From NCBI GenBank assembly GCA_963769025.1, contig CAVYKI010000010.1, forward strand, positions 32,001-96,000: DNA of 64,000 nt, written 5' to 3'. This document shows, piece after piece, positions 38,529-48,412 of the stretch. Position numbers and translations under genes: made by a program. Source of the stretch: an uncultured Verrucomicrobiae bacterium (GTDB lineage Bacteria > Verrucomicrobiota > Verrucomicrobiia > Chthoniobacterales > Chthoniobacteraceae). Below the pieces are notes generated by a model. The model had not been told where the DNA came from. It made no database searches and saw only the letters and a list, made by a program, of their open reading frames with translations. Each line of letters opens with the position of its first letter. Within the stretch, counting starts at the first letter, position 1.

Positions 38529-41070
38529 ATGCCTGCCGCCACCGCGCTCCCGATCTGGAAAATCCACGCAGACATCTTGCGCACTCTGCAAGCCGGCAAT
38601 CGCCTGGTGCTCGTCGCGCCCACGGGCTCGGGCAAGACCACGCAGGTGCCGCAGATGCTGCTCGATGCGGGGATCGCGGGCGACAAGATGATCGTGGTGC
38701 TGCAACCCCGGCGCGTCGCCGCCCGCACCGTGGCCACCCGCGTCGCCTGGGAACGCGGGGGCAAGCTCGGCGCGGAGGTCGGCTATCAGATCCGGTTCGA
38801 CGATCACACCAGCGTCGGCACCCGCATCTGCTTTGTCACCGAAGGCATCCTGCTGCGCTGGCTCCAGGATGATCGCACGCTGGCCAACATCGGTGCCGTG
38901 ATCTTCGATGAGTTCCACGAGCGGAACTTGCTCAGCGATGTCGCCCTCGCGTTGGTGAAGCACTTGCAGCAGACCCAGCGCCCCGATCTGGTCATGCTGG
39001 TGATGTCCGCCACGCTCGATGCCGAGCCGGTCGCCGCGTATTTGGACCAGTGCCCGATCCTCATTTCCGAAGGGCAAAGCTATCCTGTGGAAGTGGGCTA
39101 TCTCTCGCTTCCGGATCAGCGCCCGATCACCGCGCAGGCGGCGGAGGCGGTCGAGCGCATCATCAACGAAGAGGCGCCCGGCGACATCCTCGTCTTCATG
39201 CCGGGGCGCGGCGAGATCAACGGCACCCTCGACGCGCTGCGCGGCCTGAGAACGCGGGAGCGCGTGGCCTGCATTCCTTTGCACGGCGAACTCGAACCGC
39301 AGGAGCAGGACCGCGCCTTCGCTCCGAACGCGCTGCGCAAAGTGATCGTCGCCACCAACGTCGCCGAGACCAGCATCACCATCGACGGCATCCGCCACGT
39401 CGTGGACAGCGGCGTCGCCCGCGTGGCCCGCTACGATGCGGAACGCGGCATCGGCACCCTCCTGCTCGAGCCCATCAGCCGGGCCAGTGCGGACCAGCGC
39501 AAAGGCCGCGCCGGCCGCACCGCGCCCGGCACCTGTCATCGCCTGTGGACCGCGATCGGCCACAAGAGCCGCGAGGAGCGCAACACGCCGGAGATCCAGC
39601 GCAGCGATCTCGCCGAGGTCGTGCTGCTGCTGCACTCGCTCGGCATCCGGGAAGCCGCCACCTTTGACTGGCTGGACAAACCCGATCCGCAGGCCGTGGA
39701 ACGCGCCGAGCGCCTGCTCACCATGCTCGGTGCCTTGCTCGATGCGGACCTCACCGCCATCGGCCGCCAGATGCTGCGCCTGCCCATGCACCCGCGCTAC
39801 TCGCGCATGTTGATCGAGGCCAGCCAGCGCGGCTGCGTGCCCGATGCCGCCTTGTGCGCCGCGCTGGTCAGCGGCCGCGATTTGCTCGCACGCCTGGATC
39901 GCGATGATGCGCAGACCAAAGCCGCGCGCGAGATGTTCGAAGACAGCGCGGACTCCGATTTCATCACGCTGATGCGCGCCTACGACTTCGCCAAAGTCGA
40001 ACGGCTTCAGCTTCGATCGCTGTCGCAGCTACGGCATCAACGCCCAGGTCGCCCGGCAGGTGGAGCAGACCTGCCAGCAGATCCTGCAAGCCGCCCACCA
40101 GCAGCGCCTGTACGACCGCGGGGCCAAGCCCACCGGCGCGGCAAAAGGCGACGAAGCCCTGATGCGTTGCCTCATGGCCGGCTTCGTCGATCAGCTCGCG
40201 AAACGACGCGAACCCGGCAAGCCCGCGTGCGACCTCACCGAGCAACGTGCAGGCCAGCTCGTGCGCGAAAGCGTGGTGCAGGACGCCCCGTTTTTCGTCG
40301 CCGCGAACATGCGCGATACGCCATCGGGGCAGACCCTGCTCAGCCTCGCCACCGCCGTGCAGCCTGCGTGGATTGCCGAGATGTTTCCCCAGCATCTGAG
40401 CACCACCGTGGAGCACCTCTTTGATGCCCAGAACAAGCGCGTCGCCGCGATGAAACTCGTGCGCTATCGGGATCTCGTCATCGAGCAGAAAGCGCAGCAG
40501 CGCGACCTCGATCCCGTCGCCAGCGGACGCTGCCTCGCCGAAGCCCACCGCGCCGGAGCCTTTGATCTGCCGCTGATGGATCATCGCGTGAAACAGTTCA
40601 TCGCCCGTGTGGACCTCGTCCACGCCACGATGCCCGAACTGGAGTTTGCCCGCTTCGATGCGGACGCCATCACCGCCTGCCTCGCCCGCGCCTTCACCGG
40701 CCTCTCGCTGGTGAAGGAGGCCCAGGCCGCGCCGCTCATCGCCGCGTTCCATCAGCATCTTGGCAGCAGGGCAGGTCAGTTGGCTGGATGAGTTGGTGCC
40801 ACTCTCCATCCCTCTGGCCCGACAGCCGCACCACGAAAGTCTCCTACCTGAATGAGTCGCCGGAAGCACAGGTGAAGCTGCAGGAGTGCTTCGATCTCGA
40901 AAGAACATCCCAGCCTCTGCGAAGGCCGCCTGCCTGTGCTCCTCATGCCTCTGCACTCCTGATGGCAAACGCCTAGCCACCACCACCGACTGGCCTGCCT
41001 TCCGGTCCGCGAATGGCCGAAGCATCGCCAGGCCGTGGCGAAGAAGTTCCCCAGCGTCCTGTGGCGCTGA
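38529..41070 (+). CDS. hrpB: HrpB-like ATP-dependent DExH RNA helicase (several probable sequencing frameshifts)
   Basis: APTGSGKTT, QPRRVAAR, DEFHER, MSAT, ATNVAETSITI, QRKGRAGR, and HrpB-type C-terminal VKLQECF...TTDWPAF. Indels near 39995, 40770, 40812, 40900, 40950 and 41008. Confidence 0.8.
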
Positions 41071-41098
41071 CCCCCAGCCTTGTCGCGAGTGCGGAGGG

Positions 41099-41170
41099 AG
41101 GCGGGGGCGGGAATCGAACCCGCGAATGGGGGTTTTGCAGACCCCGGCCTTACCACTTGGCTACCCCGCC
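41099..41170 (-). tRNA. tRNA-Cys (GCA)
   Basis: GGCGGGGTAGCCAAGTGGTAAGGCCGGGGTCTGCAAAACCCCCATTCGCGGGTTCGATTCCCGCCCCCGCCT, U discriminator, CCA not encoded. Confidence 0.95.
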
Positions 41171-41232
41171 GCGAAATGAGGGCGGACTAGTAGTGAAACG
41201 GTGCGCAGTCGTCAACGGACAATCGTACGGAT

Positions 41233-41931
41233 TCAGTTCACCAGCAGGATCGGCGCGGGAACGAGTCGGATCGGCGCCGCGAGCTCAGTCGTGCCTTCGG
41301 TCTGCTCGAGCGAGGAGACGAGGCTGTTTTCGAAGGTGACGGACAACTTTCCCGCCGGCACTTTCACATAGACGACCGAGATGACGGGCCGACCCTGCGG
41401 ATCGAAGACCGTGTTCTCCTGCGGGATGCGCGCGTAGCGGATGAACTCCCAGACTTCCTGCCGTCCGTTGGCGTCGAGCTTGGAGCTTTTCTTCTGCGGT
41501 TTGCCGAGCGCGCTCATGACTTCGTCGTGCGTCATGTTCAGCGCGACCTCGCCTTTTGCGATGAGCGCGTCCACGTCGGCCTTGCGCTGGGCGTTCTTTT
41601 TCACGCTCTCGATGAATTCGGGCTTCATCGGAGTGAGGCCCGCGGCCGGCACCCATCCGACGACGCCGCCCTGCTGCGCCGTGCCGCGGACGCGGATGGC
41701 GGTGTCGGAAATGGCGACGACCTCAGCAGCGCTTCCCCGGCGAAGGACGCCCAGGTAGCGGCCATTCGTGAGCTGACTGTAAACGGCGGCCTCGCCGATC
41801 ACGGTGAGCCTGACGGGCTTGATGGAGAGGTCTTCGAGGTAGATGGCGCCCGTTTCGCGCGGCAGCGCGCTGACTGCAAAGGCGGAGGCTGTGAGCAGGG
41901 CAAGGCCAAGGGCGAGGAAGGGGGCTTTCAC
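41233..41931 (-). CDS. Secreted hypothetical protein (SH3-like N-domain, SmpA/BamE-like C-domain)
   Basis: Signal peptide, GVVGWVP SH3b-like motif, MTHDEVMSALGKP...EVWEF motif. Confidence 0.6.
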   Translation of the reverse strand: MKAPFLALGLALLTASAFAVSALPRETGAIYLEDLSIKPVRLTVIGEAAVYSQLTNGRYLGVLRRGSAAEVVAISDTAIRVRGTAQQGGVVGWVPAAGLTPMKPEFIESVKKNAQRKADVDALIAKGEVALNMTHDEVMSALGKPQKKSSKLDANGRQEVWEFIRYARIPQENTVFDPQGRPVISVVYVKVPAGKLSVTFENSLVSSLEQTEGTTELAAPIRLVPAPILLVN

Positions 41932-42119
41932 GCGATCAAAGTTAGGCGGGTTTGGCGGCGCGGAAAGGTGATTTATTCATGGGAACCCGCGCGATGCTGC
42001 TTCGTCCCGCACCGCACGCCGCCGTACGGTCCGGGGAAGTTCCGCGGCACGTCGCACTTATTACGCACACACACTATTTCGTTGCCAGCGCACACTCTCT
42101 CGCCGAAAGTCCCGCCGTC

Positions 42120-43464
42120 ATGCCTCCAACGACCGCCGAACTCTTCGATCAACTGCTCACCGACGGTGACGACACCACCGCGGGGAATTATTTCGTCGCG
42201 AACTACCCGCCGTTTTCATTTTGGGACAAGGACAAGGTCGCCGAGGTTCGCAGCGTGATCGCTGCGCCTGCGCCGGCGGATGCGGTGCTCGGCGTCTATT
42301 TCCACATCCCGTTTTGCCGGAAGCGCTGCCACTTTTGCTACTTCCGCGTTTACACCGACAAGAACGCCGAGGAAATCAAAGGCTACCTCGACCACGCAAT
42401 GCGCGAACTGGAGATGTATGCGCACACGCCGCGCATCGCGGGACGCAAGCCGAAGTTTGTATATTTCGGCGGCGGCACGCCGAGCTACCTTTCCGTCTCG
42501 CAGCTCACGTCGCTCACCGATCGCATGAAGGCGCTGCTGCCGTGGGACGAAGTCGAGGAAGTCGCCTTCGAGGCCGAGCCCGGCACGCTCACCGAAGGGA
42601 AGCTGACGGCCCTGCGCGAGATCGGCGTCACGCGCCTCTCGCTCGGCGTGGAAAATTTCGACAAGCACATTCTGGAGATCAACGGCCGCGCGCACCGCGA
42701 GGATGAAATCTACCGCGCCTATAATTTCGCGCGCAGCGTGGGCTTCCCGCAGATCAACATCGACCTCATCGCCGGCATGGTCGAGGAGACGGACGAAAAC
42801 TGGCAGCGCAACATCGCGAAGACCATCGAACTTCAGCCGGACAGCGTCACGATTTACCAGATGGAGATTCCGTTCAACACGGGCATCTACCAGCAGATGA
42901 AGGCCGAGGGGAAACTCGTCGCGCCCGTCGCCGACTGGCACACGAAGCGCCGCTGGGTGAACGAGGCGTTCACCGCGCTGGAGGCGAACGGCTACACCGT
43001 CACAAGCGCCACGACGGCGGTGCGCGATCCGCAGAAGACGAAATTTGTCTATCGCGACGAGCTGTGGAAGGGCGCGGACCTCCTCGGGCTCGGCGTCGCG
43101 AGCTTCAGCCATCTCGGCGGCGTTCATTTTCAAAACCTGCCCGACTTTGAGAGCTACAGCGCGGCGGTGGCCAAAGGACGAGCTGCCCATCGGCCGCGCG
43201 ATGCGGACGACCGAGGAGGAGCAGCTCATCCGCGAGCTGATCCTGCAGCTCAAGCTCGGCCGCGTCTCGAAGGACTACTTCACGACGAAATTTGGGGTCA
43301 GCGTCGCCGAGCGTTTCGATTCCCAGTTCAGCGAACTCAAGCGCCGCGGCCTGCTGACCGAGCACGGCGACTGGCTCGTGCTCGACCGCTCCGCGCTGCT
43401 GAAGATCGACGTGATCCTCCACGCCTTCTTCCTGCCGCAACACCAGAACGCCCGCTACACGTGA
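42120..43464 (+). CDS. HemN-like (class C) radical SAM protein (probable sequencing frameshift near 43174)
   Basis: YFHIPFCRKRCHFCYF, VYFGGGTPS, RLSLGVENF, NIDLIAG, LGLGVASFSH. C-terminal domain continues in the next frame. Confidence 0.9.
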
Positions 43465-44006
43465 CCTCCACCCCGACGCTGGAAATCCTCCACCCGCTCC
43501 CGCTGCTCTACGAGGCGGCGTCGCATCCCCTGCCCGATTTTTCACTCGTGGATCCCAAGGCACTGCCTGCCGCCGCGCACCGGCTGCTCGTCCATACGGG
43601 CGACATGACTTCCAAGCTGGAGGAATTCTTCGCCGATGAAATGGCGCTGCGCGTCCTGCAGTGCGACCACACCCCGGACCACTACCGCCGCGAGGTCGTC
43701 CTCTTCTGCGAAAAATCCGGCCAGCCCGTGGAATACGGTGCCATCGAGATCGAGCTGGGTTCGTTCGATGAGACGCTGCGCGCCGAGATCGTCCTCGGCC
43801 ACTCGCCGCTCGGCGGCCTGCTGAACCGCCACGGCATCCGCTACCGCAGCCGCCCGCGCGGCTTCCTTCGTGTCGCGCCCGACATCCGGCTTGCGGAAAT
43901 GTTCCGGCTCCCCGCGCCCGTGTCGCTCTACGGCCGCACGAACCAGCTCCTCGACGAACAGGATCGCGTCCTCGCAAATATCGTCGAAGTCCTGCGCCCG
44001 GTCTGA
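43461..44006 (+). CDS. Chorismate pyruvate-lyase (UbiC/DUF98)-like protein
   Basis: GTGA-coupled start, LLVHTGDMTSKLE, YRREVVL, PLGGLL, LYGR, IVEVL. Confidence 0.7.
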   Translation: MTSTPTLEILHPLPLLYEAASHPLPDFSLVDPKALPAAAHRLLVHTGDMTSKLEEFFADEMALRVLQCDHTPDHYRREVVLFCEKSGQPVEYGAIEIELGSFDETLRAEIVLGHSPLGGLLNRHGIRYRSRPRGFLRVAPDIRLAEMFRLPAPVSLYGRTNQLLDEQDRVLANIVEVLRPV

Positions 44007-44153
44007 GCCGTGGCGGGGCACGCGCCGTCGTATCGCTGATGCAATCAGGGCACTGACAGGCCAGCGCCCCCGAGCGTGAACCATCCCTCCGCGACTGCAC
44101 GCTTGTCGTCCCCTCGGCGACACTCCACTTTCGCGGGACAACGCTTTTTCACC

Positions 44154-45836
44154 ATGCCCACCGACCCGTTCTTCATCGCCCAGGGATCCTGCGACCTTTG
44201 CTTCCTCCCGCAGATGGCCAACCGCCATGGCCTCATCGCGGGTGCGACCGGCACGGGGAAGACCATCACGCTGCGCACGCTCGCGGAAAATTTCAGCGCC
44301 ATCGGCGTGCCCGTCTTCATGGCCGATGTAAAAGGCGACCTCAGCGGCCTCGCCAAGCCCGGCGCAAACAGCCCGAAGGTGAAGGAGCGCGCCGCACAGA
44401 TGGGACTGGAGATCACGCCGAACGGATTCCCCGTCGTGTTCTGGGATGTCTTCGGAAAGAAGGGACACCCCGTGCGCGCGACGATCAGCGACATGGGCCC
44501 GCTGCTCCTCTCGCGGCTCCTCGATCTCAATGACACGCAGGAGGGCGTGCTCAACGTCGTCTTCCACGTCGCCGACGAGGAAGGACTGCTGCTCCTCGAC
44601 CTGAAGGATCTCCAGGCAATGCTCACGCACGTCGCGCAAAATGCCGCAGAGTACACGGTGAAATACGGCAATGTCGCAGCCGCCACCATCGGCACCATCC
44701 AGCGCGCGCTGCTCACGCTCCAGCAGCAGGGCGCGGCGAATTTCTTTGGCGAGCCCGCGCTGAACCTCGACGACATCATCCAGACCGCCGAGGACGGCCG
44801 CGGTGTCGTGAACATCCTCGTCGCTGACGAGCTCATGACCTCGCCGCGCACATATGCCGCATTCATGCTTTGGTTGCTCAGCGAACTTTTCGAGCGCCTC
44901 CCCGAAGTCGGCGACGTGGACAAACCGAAGCTCGTGTTCTTCTTCGACGAGGCGCACCTCCTCTTCAGCGATCTTCCGCAGGCCATGCAGGAAAAAATCG
45001 AGCAGGTCGTGCGCCTGATCCGCTCAAAGGGAGTCGGCGTATTTTTCTGCAGCCAGAACCCGCTCGACATCCCCGACAAGGTGCTCGGCCAGCTCGGCAA
45101 CCGCTTCCAGCACGCGCTGCGCGCGTTCACGCCACGTGATCAAAAGGCCGTGAAGTCCGCCGCGGAAACGTTCCGCGCAAATCCGAAGCTCGACGTGGAG
45201 GCGGTCATCGGCCAGCTCGGCGTCGGCGAGGCGCTCGTCTCGCTGCTCGATGCAAAAGGCACGCCCGGCATCGTCGAGCGCGCATTCATCGCGCCGCCCG
45301 TGAGCGACCTCACGCCGCTTTCGAAGGAGGACCGCGGATTCCTCATCGAGGGCAGCCCGCTCTTTGGCAAATACGAGAAGACCGAGGATCGCGAGAGCGC
45401 CTATGAGCTTTTGACCGGAAAGCCCGCGGCACCCGTGCAGAAGTCCGCGATCACATCCGGCGCCGCGCCATTCGACGCCGTCGCCGCCGCGCGCGCGCGT
45501 GCAGCCGCGAGGCAGCAATCGGCCGCCACGACGAACGCCGACGAGAGCGCGGAAGCCATCGCTTCCGCCCCGGCAAGGACACGGGCCGCAACCCCGAGGG
45601 AAGAGATGGCAGCGGCGGAGGCGGACGCACGGCTCGCGAAACTCCGCGCCGAAGTCGCCGAGCGCGAAGCCAAGACTCGCGCCGCCCAAGCACTCGCGGA
45701 CAAGCGCAGCGCCCCACCGCAGAAATCCGGCATGCTCGACAAGCTCGTGCAGAGCGTCGCCCGCAACGCGGCGGGGCAGGCCACGCGCTCACTGATGCGC
45801 GGCCTCCTCGGGAGCATCTTCGGAGGCCGACGCTAA
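44154..45836 (+). CDS. DUF853 / HerA-like ATPase (YjgR family)
   Basis: [68 protein letters not shown]. Confidence 0.92.
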   Translation: MPTDPFFIAQGSCDLCFLPQMANRHGLIAGATGTGKTITLRTLAENFSAIGVPVFMADVKGDLSGLAKPGANSPKVKERAAQMGLEITPNGFPVVFWDVFGKKGHPVRATISDMGPLLLSRLLDLNDTQEGVLNVVFHVADEEGLLLLDLKDLQAMLTHVAQNAAEYTVKYGNVAAATIGTIQRALLTLQQQGAANFFGEPALNLDDIIQTAEDGRGVVNILVADELMTSPRTYAAFMLWLLSELFERLPEVGDVDKPKLVFFFDEAHLLFSDLPQAMQEKIEQVVRLIRSKGVGVFFCSQNPLDIPDKVLGQLGNRFQHALRAFTPRDQKAVKSAAETFRANPKLDVEAVIGQLGVGEALVSLLDAKGTPGIVERAFIAPPVSDLTPLSKEDRGFLIEGSPLFGKYEKTEDRESAYELLTGKPAAPVQKSAITSGAAPFDAVAAARARAAARQQSAATTNADESAEAIASAPARTRAATPREEMAAAEADARLAKLRAEVAEREAKTRAAQALADKRSAPPQKSGMLDKLVQSVARNAAGQATRSLMRGLLGSIFGGRR

Positions 45837-45843
45837 GCGACCC

Positions 45844-47019
45844 ATGGCTGGCATCATCATCAGACCCCGTTCGCGCATCCTGCATGGGCACGACTGGGTT
45901 TATTCGAGCGAGGTCCTGAAAGTCTGGGGCAACCCCGAGCCCGGCAGCATCATCGCGGTGAAGGACGGCAAGGACCGCATGCTCGGCAGCGCCATTTTCA
46001 ATCCGAAGTCGCAGATCATCGCGCGCCGCTTCTCGCGTCAGCGGCAGGAACTGGACACCGATTTTTTCCGCCGCCGCATTTTGCAGGCCGTGCGCTACCG
46101 CGAAAAGCGCGGCGTCAACGCGGCTGCTGCGCGACTCGTGTGGAGCGAGAGCGACGGGCTTCCAGGCGTGATCGTGGATCGCTACGGCGACCATCTCGTG
46201 CTCCAGACACTCACCCTCGCGATGGACATGCGCCGCGATCTCATCGTGGCCGCGCTGGTCGAGTTGCTGAAACCCGCAAGCATCGTCGAGCGCAACGACG
46301 CGCCCGTGCGGATCGCCGAAGGAATGGAGCAGCGCACCGGCGTCCTCCACGGTGAAGCGCCCGCCCCATTCTGGATCGCGCTCGACGGAATCGGATTCGA
46401 GGTGGACCTCATGCACGGGCAGAAGACGGGGCTCTATCTCGATCAGATCGGCAGCTACACGGCCGTCGCGGCGCACGCGCGCGGCCGTCGCGTGCTCGAT
46501 TGTTTTGCAAACCAGGGCGCCTTCGCCCTCGCCGCCGCGAAGGCAGGCGCAGCGAGCACACTTGCCGTCGAAATCAGCGAGGACGCCTGCTCGAACATCC
46601 GCCGCAACGCGCTGCGCAACCAGCTCACCGTGGACGTGCGCGCCGAGAACGTCTTCGATTTCCTGAAAGCCGCGGACTCCGGCGGCGACCGCGCACCCTA
46701 CGATCTCATCGTTCTCGATCCACCGTCCTTCACGAAGAACAAGGGCACGCTCGAGGACGCGCTGCGCGGCTACAAGGAGATCCATCTGCGCGCGCTGAAG
46801 CTGCTCGCTCCGGAAGGCATGCTCGCGACGTTCTGCTGCTCGCACCACGTGAAGCGCGAACTTTTCCTCGACGCGATCAACGAGGCCACCGTGGACGCGA
46901 AGCGCACGCTGCGGCAGATCGCGACCTTTTCTCAGGCTGCGGACCACCCGATCATTTCCACGCTGCCCGAGACGGAATACCTCAAGGGCTTTCTCTTCGA
47001 GCTGGTGCCGGGGCGCTGA
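45844..47019 (+). CDS. RlmI-like SAM-dependent rRNA methyltransferase
   Basis: PUA N-terminus GHDWVY, ESDGLPGVIVDRY, GQKTGLYLDQ, VLDCF, VLDPPSF, CCS, PETEYLKG. Confidence 0.9.
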   Translation: MAGIIIRPRSRILHGHDWVYSSEVLKVWGNPEPGSIIAVKDGKDRMLGSAIFNPKSQIIARRFSRQRQELDTDFFRRRILQAVRYREKRGVNAAAARLVWSESDGLPGVIVDRYGDHLVLQTLTLAMDMRRDLIVAALVELLKPASIVERNDAPVRIAEGMEQRTGVLHGEAPAPFWIALDGIGFEVDLMHGQKTGLYLDQIGSYTAVAAHARGRRVLDCFANQGAFALAAAKAGAASTLAVEISEDACSNIRRNALRNQLTVDVRAENVFDFLKAADSGGDRAPYDLIVLDPPSFTKNKGTLEDALRGYKEIHLRALKLLAPEGMLATFCCSHHVKRELFLDAINEATVDAKRTLRQIATFSQAADHPIISTLPETEYLKGFLFELVPGR

Positions 47020-47116
47020 GCGACGCGCGGCATGGCGCGGGCGGCACCGGGTCTGAAGCCGCCCCCCGCCCTTCGTCGTTGCGCAGCGCGTGCAGTTGCG
47101 GCATCTCGCTGTCCCG

Positions 47117-48406
47117 ATGAAGAACCCGCGCTCCTCCGCCCTGTTTGCCGAAGCCCGCCGATACATCCCCGGCGGCGTAAATTCCCCCGTCCGCGCATTC
47201 CGCGGCGTCGGCGGTGAGCCGTTCTTCGTCGAGCGCGCATCGGGCTCGCACATCTGGGACGCGGACGGGCAGGAGCTGATCGATTACGTCGGCACGTGGG
47301 GCCCTGCGATCCTCGGGCACGCGCCGCGTGTGGTGCTCGATGCGATCGCTGCGGCGGCGGAAAGAGGAGTGAGCTTCGGCATCCCGCACGCGCTAGAAGT
47401 CGAGATGGCGCGGACGATTTGCGAATGGGTGCCATCGATCGAGAAAGTGCGGATGGTGAACAGCGGCACGGAGGCGACGATGTCTTGCGTGCGGCTCGCG
47501 CGCGGATTCACCGGGCGCGGAAAGATTGTGAAATTCACCGGCTGCTACCACGGCCACGTGGACTCGCTGCTCGTGAAGGCGGGCAGCGGCGCGCTCACGC
47601 ACGGCACGCCGGACAGCGCTGGCGTGCCGGCGGAACTCGCCGCGCTCACGATCACGCTGCCCTACAACGACGCGGACGGACTGCGCGCGGTCTTTGCCGA
47701 GCACGGCAGGGATATCGCCGCGGTGATCGTGGAGTCCGTCCCGGCAAATGCGGGACTCTATTTTCCCGAGCCGGGATTTTACGAGCTGATGCACAAACTC
47801 TGCACCGAGCACGAGTCGCTGATCATTTTCGACGAGGTGATGACCGGCTTCCGCCTCGCGCGCGGCGGCTACCAGCAGCTCTGCGGGTTGAAGCCGGACT
47901 TGACGGCGCTCGGCAAGGTGATCGGCGGCGGGCTGCCGGTCGGGGCGTTTGGCGGACGCCGCGAAATCATGGACCAGCTCTCGCCCGACGGCCCCGTGTA
48001 CCAGGCCGGCACGCTGAGCGGGAATCCGCTCGCCCTCTCCGCCGGCATCGCGCAACTCCGCGAACTGGAGCGCCTCGACGGCTGGGCAAAGCTCGATGCA
48101 AGCGGCGCTGAATTCGAATCGCGCGTCCGCGCCGGACTGAAGCGCGCGGGCCGCGACTACAATTTCCGGCGCATCGGCTCAATGTTCTGCCTCTACTTCA
48201 CTAGCGCGAGCGCACCGGTCCGGAATCTCGAAGAGGCGATGCAGTCGGACAAAGCCACGTTCGCAAAATTCTTCCACGGCTGCCTCGAACGCGGCGTGTA
48301 TTTCGCGCCGTCGCAGTTTGAAGCCGGCTTCCTCTCGCTCGCGCACACGCCCGAAGACATCGCCCGCACGGCGGATATCGCGGCGGAGGTTCTCGGCAAA
48401 ATCTGA
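47117..48406 (+). CDS. hemL: Glutamate-1-semialdehyde 2,1-aminomutase
   Basis: IPGGVNSPVRAF, NSGTEATM, FDEVMTGFR, GKVIGGGLPVGAFGG, YQAGTLSGNP, PSQFEAGF. Confidence 0.97.
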   Translation: MKNPRSSALFAEARRYIPGGVNSPVRAFRGVGGEPFFVERASGSHIWDADGQELIDYVGTWGPAILGHAPRVVLDAIAAAAERGVSFGIPHALEVEMARTICEWVPSIEKVRMVNSGTEATMSCVRLARGFTGRGKIVKFTGCYHGHVDSLLVKAGSGALTHGTPDSAGVPAELAALTITLPYNDADGLRAVFAEHGRDIAAVIVESVPANAGLYFPEPGFYELMHKLCTEHESLIIFDEVMTGFRLARGGYQQLCGLKPDLTALGKVIGGGLPVGAFGGRREIMDQLSPDGPVYQAGTLSGNPLALSAGIAQLRELERLDGWAKLDASGAEFESRVRAGLKRAGRDYNFRRIGSMFCLYFTSASAPVRNLEEAMQSDKATFAKFFHGCLERGVYFAPSQFEAGFLSLAHTPEDIARTADIAAEVLGKI

Positions 48407-48412
48407 TCACTT

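Noticed and set aside
42120..44006. Single radical SAM-chorismate lyase fusion (ORF 41952-44006)
   Set aside because: Artefact of an extra A near 43174. The natural HemN C-terminus continues in another frame and stops at 43464, where the second gene starts.
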